From Octopus sinensis (lineage: Eukaryota): DNA of 64,000 nucleotides. The stretch lies in assembly GCF_006345805.1 (NCBI RefSeq), contig NC_043019.1, forward strand, positions 2,108,001-2,172,000. Direction: 5' to 3'. The notes beneath the pieces were generated by a model that saw only the letters and a program-made list of their open reading frames with translations, did not search any database and was not told the DNA's origin. Position 1 is the stretch's first letter, and every line of letters begins with the position of its first letter. Both the position numbers and the translations under genes were made by a program. Shown here piece by piece: positions 36,324-50,747 of the stretch.

Positions 36324-37511
36324 ATATACATGATGAGGAAAAAGTGTTTCAATCCCTTTTCTCAAGCATCACATATCTAATATTATAGGCGTGGCCGTGT
36401 GATAAGAAGCTTGCTTCCAGACCACATGGTTCCAGTTTCAGTCCCACTGTGCAACACCTTGGGCTGAACAAAGCCTTATAACTAGATTTGGAAGTATGTG
36501 GAGGGAGAAGCATGCATGTTGTGTGTGGGTATTGTACGGAAAGTGTGTGCGTGTCTATGTATGTGTCATGTGCACCGGGTTGTATGATGTGGATGTGTAC
36601 TTCGTAGTTGGTAGTGTGATTGATCTGTCTGCGTAGCTGACAGTATGTTTTATGTATGTGTGTATGCGTGTGTATAATATGGAGTCGGAAATTTATTGTG
36701 TGCGTGTACGTGTGTGTTAGTGTAAGTGTGTGTTCCGGAGAGCAAGTGTGCGCGTTCGAGCGTGTTTGTGAGTATGTCTGTGTGTGTGCGTGTGTTTGTG
36801 TGTATTTGTGTATGTAGGTGTGTGTGTGCGTAGTATATTGTCGGAGGTATGTGTCTGTGTGTAGTGTGAAGTCGAGAGTAATTTGTGCGTGAATGTAATG
36901 AAGGAGCCGAAATTATGCCCCTAGAGTTTAGCAGAAGTTTTAACCTCTGTCAATGAAATTAATATCAAAGTAATGACACCAATGAATGCTGAACACTAAA
37001 AGATTTTTTGCTTTTCTTTGATGATTCTTCCTTTTGGGGAAATGATGGAAGGGCATTCATTATTTTATATCCGATAGATTTCTAAGACATAGCTGAGCTT
37101 TGAAAGTTGATGAGTTTGTGTGCATTAACTCTTTGAGAATGGGCCTCTACCAAAATATTAGGGGGGGGGTAATCTTTCACCAAACGAAGGAACAACGTCC
37201 AGCTCAGAGGTTGTCAAACTGACGAATGATTCGAGTTGATCTGTTGATCAGATCAACTCGAACCCTTGTCGTCGTAACCGACGGAACGCCACCAAGCAAG
37301 ATGTCTAGTTTTGAGAGATCTTATTTACCAAGGGTTATACTGAATGTAATCACAAATCGATGATGGCCGACCTAAATATTGGAATCGGTTGTTATTGTTG
37401 CTGTTATTGTTGTCGATGTGCTTTTTTATGTTGCTCTTTAGTCTATGGACGCCTCTGATGAGGAAAAAATGTTTCAATCCCTTTTCTCAAGCATCACATA
37501 TCTAATATTAT

Positions 37512-37895
37512 AGGCGTGGCCGTGTGATAAGAAACTTGCTTCCAGACCACATGGTTCCAGTTTCAGTCCCACTGTGCAACACCTTGGGTAACATCCTCTA
37601 CCATAGTCCTAGGCTGAACAAACCCTTGTAACTAGATTTGGAAGATGGAAACTGAAAGAAACATGTCGTGTGTGTATGTGTGTGTGTGTGTTTCTTTGTG
37701 TCTGTGTTTGTCCCCACCACCACTTGACAACTGGTATTGTTGTGTTTATCTTCCCGTAACCTAGCGGTCCGGCAAAAGTGACCCGATATAATAAGCACCA
37801 GACTTTAAAACATAAGTACTGGAGTCAATTCATTTGACCAGAAGTTCTTGAAGTCGGTGCCCCAGCATGGCCGCAGTCTAAAAACTGAAACAAAT
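37512..37895 (+). mobile_element. SINE family A-related, older subfamily
   Basis: Same architecture with many substitutions; a partial duplicate lies at 36387-36493. Confidence 0.75.
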
Positions 37896-38314
37896 GCAAG
37901 TATAAAAGCTGGAAAGTATCCAATATAGAATTGGATATTATCATTTTTAAGACGAGAAAGGCGACTTAAAGAAATTCTGCTGCTATTTCTAGCAAGTCGA
38001 TCGACGACGTAAAGACTACTTTGTTACCAAGAACATCGGCAGCTTGAGGGTTTCCGTGATTTAAACATCACAAATATAGTTTCCATTGGTTACGCAATGT
38101 GTTCAAATATCGCCCAAAAATGCTAGTGGTTCAACAACGTGGAATCAGAGACGGCAACGGAACTTCGAATGAGACCCAGGAAAGAATATGCCAAATAATG
38201 ACGGATATCCAACCGAAAAAAATGAACGCCAAGCAGAATAACAAACAAGCACACACACACACACACACACCACAACACCACACACACACACACACACACA
38301 CCAACACACACAAC

Positions 38315-38374
<60 letters not shown>

Positions 38375-38402
38375 CTATAAACATATATAAACACACACAC
38401 AT

Positions 38403-38480
<78 letters not shown>

Positions 38481-38550
38481 GGATGGATGGATGGATGGAT
38501 GGATAGATAGATGGATATATAGACAGACAGACAGACAGATAGACAGACAT

Positions 38551-38619
<69 letters not shown>

Positions 38620-38635
38620 CAGATAGATAGATAGT

Positions 38636-38719
<84 letters not shown>

Positions 38720-39253
38720 CCCAGCATGGCCACAGCTTGTGAGCTGAAACTAAATAAAATTAAAATAAATAAAATAATACATAATACATACATACATACA
38801 TACATAAATACATAGATACATAGATAGATAAATGTGCAGTTCAGCACATTATTGGTACATTCCTCATTTTATACCCATTTTTTGGGGGAATATATTAAAG
38901 CCCAAATTTGTAGTGCAAAACAGTTTTATAATTACCAAGATGTATATACATATAACATACAGCCATATATGTGCGTACGTGTGTGTGTGTGTGTGAATTC
39001 GTGTTTGTGAGTGCATATTGAAATTTAAATTTCTATGAATTTAAATTAATTAAAAGTAGGACATTTATCATGCATGTCAACTGATGTGATTTAGATTTAA
39101 CACATATGTGTGACTCTAAATTGGGATTGATATACGGGGTGTGTCTGGGTTATACAATCAGAAAAATAGGCATGTGATCTGTATCACCCAGAGATTCTTA
39201 AAACCTCTCATGGAAACATCACTCAAGAGGTTTTTCTGCTTAAAATTATTTAT

Positions 39254-39291
<38 letters not shown>

Positions 39292-39606
39292 GATATATAT
39301 ACTATATATATATATATATATATATATGCATGTATATTCATTTCATAAATATATGTATATACAACATAGGAGTTATATTCTTCGCTACGCATTACAGCCG
39401 CCGGAAAATACACGAAGCATATACATTGGTGTATGTATTTATAATTATATATATATACATAAATACATACATACATACATATATATACTACATACATATA
39501 CATACATACATATACATACATACATACATACATACATATACATACATACATACATACATACATACATACATCATACATACATACATATACATACATACAT
39601 ACATAT

Positions 39607-39686
<80 letters not shown>

Positions 39687-39689
39687 CAT

Positions 39690-39860
39690 ATAGTGATAAT
39701 TTACATAAAGACGAAGTGGCGGTGTAAACAAACAGATTTATTAGTTTTACGCTTGGGAATTGAGAAAGTCTTTTACGTTTCGAGACTACGTTCTTCGACA
39801 GAATTAAACACAGAAATAAACAGGAGGAGAAAATAGAAAAAGGTATAGTGGCTAGCAATC
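39690..39860 (-). mobile_element. Probable PLE terminal-repeat fragment
   Basis: Ends in (TA)n; GACTTTCTCA...AAACTAAT...CTTCGTCTTT is homologous to 40378-40465 on the opposite strand. Confidence 0.5.
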
Positions 39861-39867
39861 TATCATG

Positions 39868-39926
<59 letters not shown>

Positions 39927-40116
39927 TATCCGTAAGTATAAGAGAGTTAACTTTACATAGGTTAACTCTAGTGCTAGAAATAGCTCCTCCGGTAAATCGC
40001 CGGCGATAGCTCCACATAGAAATACCACTACTCTCAACTTAAGGAAGTGAAATACAACTAAAAAAATTGATTAATGTTACAATTGTTTCTTATCAACATA
40101 ATAAGCAAATTATACT

Positions 40117-40379
40117 CACATATTCGTCTATAAATCTTCAGCAACATTGTCATCGATGCAATTTATCAGACCCACACAGGCAACGATTACCCATGCGGTC
40201 TGATCTATTACATTCAGGGTTGTAGTTACAAATTCCCCGCCGAAAGCAAATGCTAAGACTTAGTGGAAGCGAATACCGCATGTAATATTTACTGCAGCGT
40301 ATGGGTAATGGTTGCCTGTGTGGGTCTGATAAATTGCATCGACGACAATGTTGCTGAGGATTTATAGACGAATATGTGA
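40117..40379. repeat. Inverted repeat, about 81-bp arms and 100-bp spacer
   Basis: 40117-40197 versus 40298-40379. Confidence 0.9.
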
Positions 40380-40475
40380 CTTTCTCACCTTCTTGAACGT
40401 TAAACTAATACACCTGCTTGTTGTTTATACACCTCTCTTCGTCTTTTGTTTTTCTGCAAACATCAACTATATATG

Positions 40476-40523
<48 letters not shown>

Positions 40524-40769
40524 GCTAACTAAGAGCACTTGTTTGAAAAGGTTAATCAAAAGCGCCCACACACTACGAGAAAAAACTTCTTCCATAGGAA
40601 ATTAGTAATATCCTGATAAAAGATTTTATAACTATATCAAATATATATATAGGTTACGGGTTCAGTCCCATTGCTTGGCACCTTGGGCAAGTGTCTTCTA
40701 CTAAAACCTCGAACCGACCAAAGCCTTGTGACTGGATTTTATAGACGGAAACTGAAAGAAGCCTACGTG

Positions 40770-41060
40770 ACCATCGTTCAACTTTCTTTTCATCACAACC
40801 GTCTTTCTTTTCCTGCACGGGCCTTCAAAAGATTGGACGTTTTTTCTCTCTATATATATTTTATCTTTTCAAAGAAAATATTTCTCCCAGCGTTCACTAT
40901 TTTCCTCTCGTTCTGGTGTATCGACCCTCCATGGTTGTTTTCGCTCGGTTTCCTTGTATGTCTCCACTGTCTTGTTTTTGTTCACTGCTCTGACCCTCCA
41001 TAAATCCTAAGTTTTATTTTAGATTTTATGGGAGCAACTTCCTTTGAAGATTCATATTGT
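40770..41060 (-). pseudogene. Decayed RTE/RTE-X-like LINE C-terminal fragment
   Basis: Fragments KIKLRIYGGSEQ(W)T, MEGRYTR and KRKL..GHV resemble RTE post-RT motifs. Confidence 0.45.
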
Positions 41061-41211
41061 CGTTGAGTGCTCGAAATGAGGAGTAGATAGTCAGCCAATA
41101 ACTGATGAAGGGTCCTTTCTTTGTATTTACTTGTCCTGGTTTCCATATTTTTCTCGTTGTATACGTATTTCATGTTGTTTGCATAGATGGTGACGTCCTG
41201 TACTCATATTT

Positions 41212-41250
<39 letters not shown>

Positions 41251-41624
41251 TATATATGCATATATATATATATACATATATATTACATATACATACATTA
41301 TTTCGCTTCACAACCGACGCCGGTGTGTTTGCGTCCTCTTAACTTAGTATTTTGGCAAAAGAGACTGATAGAATAAGTACTAGGCTTACAAAGAATAAGT
41401 CTTGGGGTCTATTTGTTCGACTAAAGGTGGTGCTCCAGCATGGCCGCAGTCATATGACTAAAACAGATAAAAAAATAAAAGAATATATATATATATAATA
41501 TGTAGATAGATAGATAGATAGATAGATACATACATACATACATACATACATACATTAACTAGCAAGCGGACAAACTGATGGAGGGACGGACGGACAGACA
41601 GACTGACTGACAGACAGACTGACT

Positions 41625-41674
<50 letters not shown>

Positions 41675-41687
41675 TAGACAGATAGAC

Positions 41688-43262
41688 ATCAAGGAACTGA
41701 GACATCCCAAATCAAAGAAAAACTTACAACCAAAAGCCTTACCATACATCTCCACACACAACCCTCTCAATAACGAAGCCTTCGACACCATCCTCCACAA
41801 CATACCCCTCCTAAAAAAAGACCACAGAATGACACAATCCTCCAAACACACACGATCATAAAAGCAAAAGACAGCCTAGATCCATGAAAAGTCTCCTACA
41901 CAAGCCCGAATTCACTCTTCAACACAGAAACCGACAGTAAAAAAATGTGGAAGACCCAATTGCGGGATATGCGACTATCTAATCGAGGGTTATGAGTTTC
42001 CTTAACAGGGACAACGGTTTACAGTGAAAAGCAACTTCACATGTGCTTCGGAGAAACTAATATACTCACTAACCTGCTCCGGTGTCAAGAGCAGTACATA
42101 GGCCAAACAAAAAAATGGTTTGCGTAAACGAATGGCCCTGCACAGATCCCAGATAAAATTCCCAAAACAGAAAATAAAAATAGCTTTAGCCAAACAATAG
42201 ATACTTGCGCCAACAAAAAAACACCAAACTTCAGAATTTTCCCCCTCTACAATTAGGACGATACAACCTCGAGACAACGAATAAGTAAAGAAAATCTCTT
42301 TATTACAAATACAAGCCACTTCTTAAGGGTCTACGACAAACAATTAATATACTCAACTTTAGAATAAAAGAAAAATATATATACACACACAAATACTACA
42401 CTCCATAGAATCTTACTAATCAGCCCCTTCATAGCTATACTACACCCATTCATTTTCTCCTTCTCTGTTTTTTTCTTCTTCTTCTTCTTCTCTTCCTCTT
42501 CTTCTTTATCATCATCATTATTATCATCATCATCGTCGTCATCATCATCACCACCATCTTCTCCTTCTCCTCCTTCTTCTTCTTCTTCCTCTTCTTCTTT
42601 ATCATCATCATTATTATCATCATCATCGTCGTCATCATCATCACCACCATCTTCTCCTTTCCTCCTCTTCTTCTTCTTCTTCTTCTTCTTCCTCATCATC
42701 ATTATCATCATCATCGTCGTCATAATCATCACACCATCACCATCATCGTCGTCATAATCATCACACCATCACCATCATCGTCATCTTCTCTTTCTCTTCT
42801 TCTTCTTCATTCTTCTTCTCTTCTTCTTCTCCCCCCCTACCCCTAACTTTGTCACTAATGTTTTTAGTATAACACTACGCTAATTTAAAACAAGCCTGTC
42901 AATATAAATATTCTCCTGAATTGAACTGAGACTGCCAGCCGCCACTGACCATTCAAAATACGACATCAGGGCACTCCCAGATTCTCCACCCCCTTTCCTC
43001 ACCAGCCTTCTTCCTCTACTACCCTACCAAGAACTCACAACTACCTCGAACACACAAGTGCAAACAAGGAGTCAGAGAAAGGCAGAATGCCACTTAAATC
43101 TGAACACTACTATAGAAAAATTCTTTTAAAAAAACTTTTCTTCTAATTTTTTATTTAATTATTTAATCGTTACAGTTGAAAAGGTCTCAAAATGACGACG
43201 AAACCGGTACTGAAATGTTCACTATAAAATTATTTAGCATTTTCTATTTTTGACTTGTTTTT
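41688..43262 (+). mobile_element. Penelope-like element (Neptune-like) 3' portion: linker, GIY-YIG endonuclease, 3' repeat
   Basis: Frameshifted ORF at 41688-42330: LPYISTHNP...RQPRSMKSLL...KKCGRPNCGICDY...FTVKSNFTCASEKLIYSLTCSG(C)QEQYIGQT..LRKRMALHRSQI...KYKPLL. Terminal repeat at 43085-43262 ends in (TA)n. Confidence 0.9.
43170..43215 (+). ncRNA. Hammerhead ribozyme, U3:A8 variant with damaged helix II
   Basis: Same as 12922-12965 except GACC is replaced by GACGAC in P2. Confidence 0.5.
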
Positions 43263-43265
43263 TCA

Positions 43266-43298
<33 letters not shown>

Positions 43299-44184
43299 TA
43301 TGTATACATAATGTATGTATACATAGTTGTATATACATTAAGTACATACATATAGATATATTATATATACATACATGCAAATATACATACATACATACAT
43401 ACTACTACAAGCCACTCAACGTCATCCTTTATAGGTATATATAAGATCGTATGCAGGGGAATATTCATACATGTGTTTATGTACATATGCATATATATAT
43501 ATATGCATATATATATATTTATATCTATGTGTCTGCGTTTATGTACGTGTGTGTGTGTATGTGTGTTTGTGTGTATGTGTGTGTGTGTGTATGTATGTGT
43601 GTGTGTGTGTGTAAGGAAATGAAGTTAAATGGTTTGGATCAATGTACGCAATTAATCATACGTAAGCAAAGATGACTATTAACATACATACAGCATGATT
43701 ATGCATTCATATTATATACAATCTCATTTATATTGAGACACATTCACACAGGCAGCACACATTCAATATTACTCTTCGGCACGTTCACATGAAATGAAAC
43801 GTCTTCGGCTTTTCGCTCTGTCAGCCAGAGTCAATACAACGGATGCGCGCACATTGCTCTCCTTGAATTCACTCGAATCAGAGAGAAATGTAAATTATTT
43901 AATTTTATATTTAATAGTTAATATTTATTGTTCGCCACCTACTCAGAGGTTTCGTCTCTGGATTATAGGTCAGCTGGTTCATTAAGAACTGACAATAACC
44001 TTGCTAAATAGCCACAAATAATCGATCGATCTTTTAAAATTTGAAGCCAAGTAAGCTCAGAATCATTGAATGCCAACCTAGTCGTTTAAAAGTGTGAGAT
44101 AGTAAATAACATCAACAACATACTTGCTCTATTCATTAATTCTAGCAGCATCTCATTTTATTTGCGCAAAGGACAGCTAAGATG

Positions 44185-44445
44185 TGGAGGCGCGTGGCTT
44201 AGTGGTTAGGGTGTCAGCATCATGATCGTAAGATTATGGTTTCGATTCCTGGACCGGGCAACGCTTTGTGTTCTGGAGCAAAACACTTCATTTGAAGTTG
44301 CTCCAGTCCACTCGGCTAGCAAAAATGAGTAACGCTGCGATGGACTGGCGTCCCGTCCAGCTGGGGAACATATACGTCATAGAAACCGGGAAACCGGGCC
44401 CATGTGCCTGGTTAGGATTTAAAAGGGCGCATTTATTTTTTATTT
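44185..44445 (+). mobile_element. SINE family D (CORE-like)
   Basis: 16-bp TSD AAAGGACAGCTAAGAT at 44168-44183 and 44446-44461. Confidence 0.9.
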
Positions 44446-44952
44446 AAAGGACAGCTAAGATAGAAATCCTGATGCGTCTCAGGGAAGTGAAATGTCGTGA
44501 TACTTATCCCTTGTCAAAGGATCGTTAAAAGAACTGAAATAGCATAAATGGGGAAACGTATCATTATCAAGATCCTGATCAGTGACTTCCAAATGGATAA
44601 AACTTATTATAATGTTAACTAGCTGACCCCAAAAGCCATAAAAATGACGGCTAATTGTAGTATTTTAAATATAAATAAGGTATGAAATAAATTACATAAT
44701 GATTACAGATACAAACATTCATATACTTCCCTTGTACACGCACACACACTTATACTAACACAGTGTTGAAACACTGTTTGATTTTCTTTTCCGCGTTGAA
44801 TGGTCACCATCCCACTTCAAGTTTGATACCACACCTTCATTCCTTATTCATTTATCACCCCTTCCTTCTTTATTCATCCATTACCCATTCCTTTCTCATT
44901 CATATGTTGTGACGAAGAAAGACATAAGAGTATTATTATAGTAGATTACGCT

Positions 44953-45167
44953 AAGGCGGTGAGCTAGGCAAAAACATTAGCACGCCGGGAGAAATGCTCA
45001 GCGGTATTTCGTCTGTCTTTACGTTCTGAGTTCAAATTCTGCCGTGGTCGACTTTACCTTTCATCCTTTCGGGGTCGATAAATTAAGTACCAGTTGCGTA
45101 CTGGCGTCGATCTAATCGACTGCACCCCCGCTCAAAAGTTCGGGCCTTGTGCCTAGAGTAGAAAAGG
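44953..45167 (+). mobile_element. SINE family B
   Basis: TSD TTATAGTAGATTACGC on both sides. Confidence 0.9.
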
Positions 45168-45406
45168 TTATAGTAGATTACGCAGTAATATATATATATA
45201 TATGTATCCGTGAATACTTTCTCTTCCAAGTAAATATACGGAGATTTCAGTTTGTAACCCTTAAATAATAAAATAAACTTCCATCAACATGCCGAAAGCC
45301 GGAACTGAAATCAGAAAGTCTTATTTTGTTGCTTTCCCAACTATTCTCTATCAACAGCCATAAATAGGTGAAAAATAATTGTAAATGCAGACAGACAGAG
45401 AGAGAC

Positions 45407-45740
45407 AGACCTGATATTGTTCTGTGGGACAGCGAACAGAAGCCATGCGCTGTTGTAAAGGCCAGCTGCTCAGCAGATGTGAAGGTACGATCAAACTTCT
45501 ATGAGAAAGAGAACATTTACGGTGAATTAATGTGAATCTTACAGATCTTCTACCGTGACTGTGAATTCTCTTTCGTACCTACCATCATAGGTGCATTAGG
45601 TTATACACGAAAAAATTTACACAAAAACCGAGAAACAATTGTTTTCACGGAAAAAGAGCAAAAGAAACTGAAGCGGATTCTCCAAATCCAATCTGTTAGT
45701 GGCACAGTAGCGATTTGTAAAACATTCTAAAGATTCTCCA
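45407..45740 (+). pseudogene. R4/Dong-type RLE LINE C-terminal fragment
   Basis: RPDIVLWDSEQKPCAVVKASCSADVKV...EKENIYGELM*ILQIFY...FVPTIIGALGY...LQIQSVSGTVAICKTF. Confidence 0.85.
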
Positions 45741-46116
45741 TGTGGGATTCTTATGTGAATAAATGCACACACTTGGGCGTATGCATCGACAGTTCGATCA
45801 ACTCATCAACCCAACCACATATTTAAAACCGGGTTGAATTCTCTCAAGAAGAATTTAAATTATACACAAGGAAAAAAACATGCATACATACATACATACA
45901 TACATACATACATACATACATACATACATACATACATACATACTTACATACATGCATGCATGCATGCATACATACATACATACATACATACATACATACA
46001 TACATACATACATACTTACATACATGCATGCATGCATACATACATACATACATACATACATGCATACTTACATACATACAGAGAGAAGGAGAGAGAGAGC
46101 AAAGCGCATTCTACAA

Positions 46117-46156
46117 TACAGTCATCTCTCGCCATATCGCGGTTCACCTATCGCGG
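46117..46156 (+). mobile_element. Tigger/pogo-like terminal fragment
   Basis: TACAGTCATCTCTCGCCATATCGCGG resembles the TIR at 48688. Confidence 0.5.
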
Positions 46157-46308
46157 TTTATTATTTAAGCTTACTTCGATTCCTCCGTCAGGTTATTTTA
46201 CATTTATAATAAAGTAACTATATACAAATTATAAGAATAATAAAAAAATTGATAGATAGCTAGCTAGCTAGCTAGCTAGCTAGCTTGATAGATAGCTAGC
46301 TAGCTAGC

Positions 46309-46412
<104 letters not shown>

Positions 46413-46470
46413 GAGATATATAGATACATACATACATACATAGAGATGGACACATACAAATAGCTAGATG

Positions 46471-46508
<38 letters not shown>

Positions 46509-47295
46509 TACACAAAATACATATTTGTGCATTTGTTTTTGTGTGCGTAAGTAAATACTTTGTCGTCAAATTATATTTACATATTGTCTCCTAGGGCTAA
46601 TGTCTTAGTAGGCAATATATTTTATTAGCGTCCCTATCCTTGTTATTTATTCATAGAACGTGCCTGATAAGATGAAATACGTTCCGATGAAACTATTATC
46701 AATGTACAAAGAGTGATAAAACATTATAAGTTCAATACCCATTCATAGGCTTTCTTAGTCGCACCGATATAGTATGCAGTTATATAAATAATGTGCTGTT
46801 ACGAGAGATAGAAACCACCAAAATAGAATAACATTTGAAGGGAGCGAAACATTAATGTGTATTATAGAGGCTTGACGTAGCAAAGCAAGATAAGCTAGGG
46901 GATATCAGATAACCCTTCCAGGAAAATAATACATAAATGTGGCGTATGAGAATTAATAGAACATAAACAATTATGAAACACGACTGGAAACACTTGACTG
47001 TTTAAAAGAAAGAAAAGATTTATCTGCCTTAAATAATAGATTTAAAATGTATGGCTTTACAATAAAATGGGTCTCTTAAAACAACATCATTGAAATTTAT
47101 CTGCTATAATTTGTATAGGGAGATAGGTATTAACAATGTAGGGGCAGATAAGGTTTGTATCCACTAAAAACAAATTAGAAACAGTTTGGAAGCCCACATT
47201 TTTGAAAAGGGAGTTAAGTATATAAAAAAATAAAGAGGGGAAAGACAACATATCAACAAATGACATTGAAAATCTCAGAATATTCTATTCTCCTC

Positions 47296-48345
47296 GAGGC
47301 GGCGAGCTAGCAGAATCATTAGCGCGCTGGGCGAAATCCTTAGCGGTATTTCGTCTGCCGTTACGTTGTGAGTTCAAATTCCGCCGAGGTCGACTTTGCC
47401 TTTCATCCTTTCGGGGTCGATAAATTAAGTACCAGTTGCGTACCAGATCTAATCGACTAGCTCCCTCCCCAAAACTTTCAGGCCTTGTGCCTACAGTAGA
47501 AAATATTTTACAGGTGGCGAGCTGGCAGAAACGTTAGTACGCAAAGCGAAATGTTTATCGGTATTTCGTCTGCTGTTACGTTCTGAGTTCAAATTCCATC
47601 GAGGTCGACTTTACCTTTCATCCTTTCGGGGGTCGATAAAGTTACGTACTGGGGTCGATCTAATCGACTTAATCCCTTTGTTTGTCCTTGTTTGTCCCCT
47701 CTATGTTTAGCCCTTTGTGGACAATAAAGAAATAAGAAACGTTAGCACTCCGGACGGCGAGCTGGCAGAAACGTTAGCATGCCGGTCGAAATGCTTTGCG
47801 GTATTTCGTCTGCCACTACATTCTGAGTTCAAGTTCCGCCGAGGTCGACTTTGTCTTTCATCCTTTCTGGGTCGATTAAATATTAGTACCAGTTACGCAC
47901 TGGGGTCGATATATTCGACTTAATCTGTTTGTCTGTTTGTCTGTTTGTCTCCTCTGTGTTTAGCCCCTTGTGGGTAGTAAAGAAATAGGTATTTCGCCTG
48001 TCTTTACGTTTAGAGTTCAAATTCCACCGAGGTCAACTTTATCTTTCATTGAATATTGTGGTCGATTTAATCGATTGTTCCCCTCCCCCAAAATGTCGGT
48101 CCTTCTGCCTAGAGTAGAAAAGAATATTCATTTCTCCTCATTTTGGCGCAAGACCTGAAATTTCGAAGGGGTGAGTAAGTCGATTGCTTCAACCCTAGTG
48201 CGCAACTGGTACTTATTTTATCAACCCCGAAAGAATGAAGAGCAGAGTCTTTCCCAGTTGAATTTGAACTCAGAACGTAAAGACGGACGAAATACCGCTA
48301 AGTAGTCTCTCCGACATGCTTACGATTCTACAAGTTCGCCGCCTT
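47296..48345. mobile_element. Cluster of five SINE-B units (four +, one -)
   Basis: Units at 47296, 47512, 47753 and about 47985 (+), and 48150-48345 (-). Confidence 0.88.
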
Positions 48346-48689
48346 AATACACCCCAAAATCATGATGAGGACTGCTTTAAGCAACTTCGGAAACTTGAAA
48401 AGTTCAGTAATTGACAACATTGAAAACTTTTAAAGGTTATCGGTTGGTAAACTTTTCTATCGGACAACGATCTGCTTTGGCAACCTACTAAAAGGGTAAA
48501 GAGTGCTTCCAGTCACGAAAGACCATGGGATTACACCGAGAAAGTATTAAAAAATAATATCCACAACTCCTAATACATGGATAACAGATATTCCCTGCGT
48601 TGTGCATCTCATTGAGCATCCGCAAATCTAATTAGAGATAATTAGACGATGAGAAAAATACAACAGCTGCTCAATATCATATTACTATA

Positions 48690-49354
48690 CAGAGATCTCT
48701 CGCTACTTCGTGGTTCAACTATCGCGGATTCACGACTTCGCGGATTTTTAAAATATATATATATGAACACCAAAACTTTTTCAATAAGTCCATTAAAATA
48801 TTAATAATAAATATTATCTCCTGGTATAAGGACAACAAAACAAGCGAAAATAGCAAAAAAGCATATACAGGGGTATTTGAACTTAAGACGAGCTATGATT
48901 GGTGTAATGGAGAGAGACGACGAATCACAGCTTTCTATTTTGTAATCTGTCCTGTGATTGGTGCTTTGACCGATGCTCAGAGCCGCAGCATCTTCCCTCG
49001 TCTCTCTCCCGAGGCCATTCCGCTTCAAGCTTTCTCGCCGAGTGGTTTATTGTACTACTTTACGCTGTGCTGTGTGTGAAAAACGCGAGCTGGAAAAATT
49101 TGTGGCACGAGGTTATTTAAGACAAGGGCTTTTCACCTGCCGAAATCCAACACTCCGCAGTACAGAAAGCTTTGCAGTTGGCTGCGATTATTGGAGGTGA
49201 CGGCTTTGCAGACATGACCACGGGAGACATCGACGCGTAATTAGACTGCCACTCCCAGCCGTTAACCGAGGCAGACCTCAAAGACTTGACGAAGTCGACC
49301 AGTTATCGCGGCCGGTCTCGGAAACAATCTACCGCGATAAACGAGGGATCACTG
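48690..49354 (+). mobile_element. Tigger/pogo non-autonomous derivative
   Basis: CAG...CTG TIRs with TA flanks; AVQKALQLAAIIGGDGFADMTTGDIDA*LDCHSQPLTEADLKDL matches the Tigger transposase C-terminal region. Confidence 0.8.
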
Positions 49355-50747
49355 TATTTATTACGGCAATTGCGAGCCACAACACTGGATATGTTTTAGT
49401 CTTAGTAAGTTTCCTCAGTGAAGCATAAATTTCACTGTACTTGCAGAAGTGAGGATTGCAAATCCATAAATAGATATACAATATCGCACAATTGTGTGCT
49501 TGAAACTGGCACACAATAAATCACTGGCGTTGATTAATATTTGCATGTTTCTTTCATTAAGTATGCTAATACTAATACAATTAGGGTTTTGTAAACGGAA
49601 TGATGCGCAACAGAGTATTTAATCTCAGTAATTTATTGTATGTGTTGTTTGTCAATATTTATGTTTAGTTCGCGACTTATCGACCGCACTTATTATATAA
49701 CTGTTTTATGAAACTACTTTATTTAAACATACTCTTTTTCTTTCTCTTGCTTTCCCTTTCTAACTCTTTCTCTCCCTCTCTTTCTCTCTCCTCTCTCTCT
49801 CTCTATCTTTCTATCTTTCTCCCTCCCCTCTCTCTCTCTCTGTGGATACAGGCGTGGTTAGTAACTTCAGTCGCTACATCAGGGTGTGACGGTCCCTGTC
49901 TGACACGAGGCCCGGGTTCAGCTTGTTACGGTTGACAGTACTTGTCTAAGATTACTGGATTTCCAGCTATTGATAAATAAGCTTACTGCCTTCTGAGAGT
50001 CAAAAGACATGGAGTAAAGTTTATAATAAAGTTAGAATATAACCCTAAGGCGGTTCAGTGTTCGATTTAACCCTTTAGTGTTTAGATTATTCTGTCAAAT
50101 GTGATGTTTGTTTATTTAAAATGGTTTGAATTAATCATGCATTATCTTTTAGTTTAGAGATTTCAGTGATGTGATTTTTTAGTTTTAGAACGACATGGTT
50201 GGGCTGAGAGGAAAGGTGAGATCTGGTCAGTTTCAATATAAAACAGGTTAAATATTTTGGCCAGATATGGCCGGTTTGAATGCTAAAGGGTTAACACTCA
50301 TTTGACAACTTCTGCCGCCAAACTGGCGTCATAGCTAACGCTATAAACTAGCGAAGCTAAGAGAGGATTCTAGCGACACGGCAATGGAGGCTTGCACTCT
50401 GGAGAGGATACTTGAATGTCACTGTGAAATGCAACAGCAGCATAAAGAGGTTTCTCTCCTCGTCTTGGGTAGCAGCTCAAACTCTTACTGTGTAATGGAG
50501 CAAAAACTCTGTTGTCTCTATATGCATTGACTGGTATTAAAACACGCACACATACACACACACACAGACATGTGTGTGTGCGTGTGTGTGTGAGTGTTTG
50601 AGTGTAATTAATTGTGACTCAATACGTCGAGGTTTCGAAGCCAATATTAACTTATCACCATTATCATTTTTTACTAGTATTGAATCATTTATTCATCACA
50701 TGGTTTCTGTACTTACGTAGTGAAACATATAAACCAATTGATTATAT

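Noticed and set aside
39770-39812. Hammerhead-like CTGTCGAAGAACGTAGTCTCGAAACGT (-)
   Set aside because: The core is not N-U-G-A-N-N-A in register and helices I and II do not close; at best a decayed remnant.
39141-39836. 231-aa ORF and the many other Y/I/H/T/C/V-rich ORFs
   Set aside because: These are translations of (TA)n, (CA)n, (TACA)n, (GATA)n and (ATT)n tracts.
47296-48345. Regularly repeated units suggesting a CRISPR-like array
   Set aside because: The units are ~230-bp SINE copies with no unique spacers or cas genes, in eukaryotic DNA.
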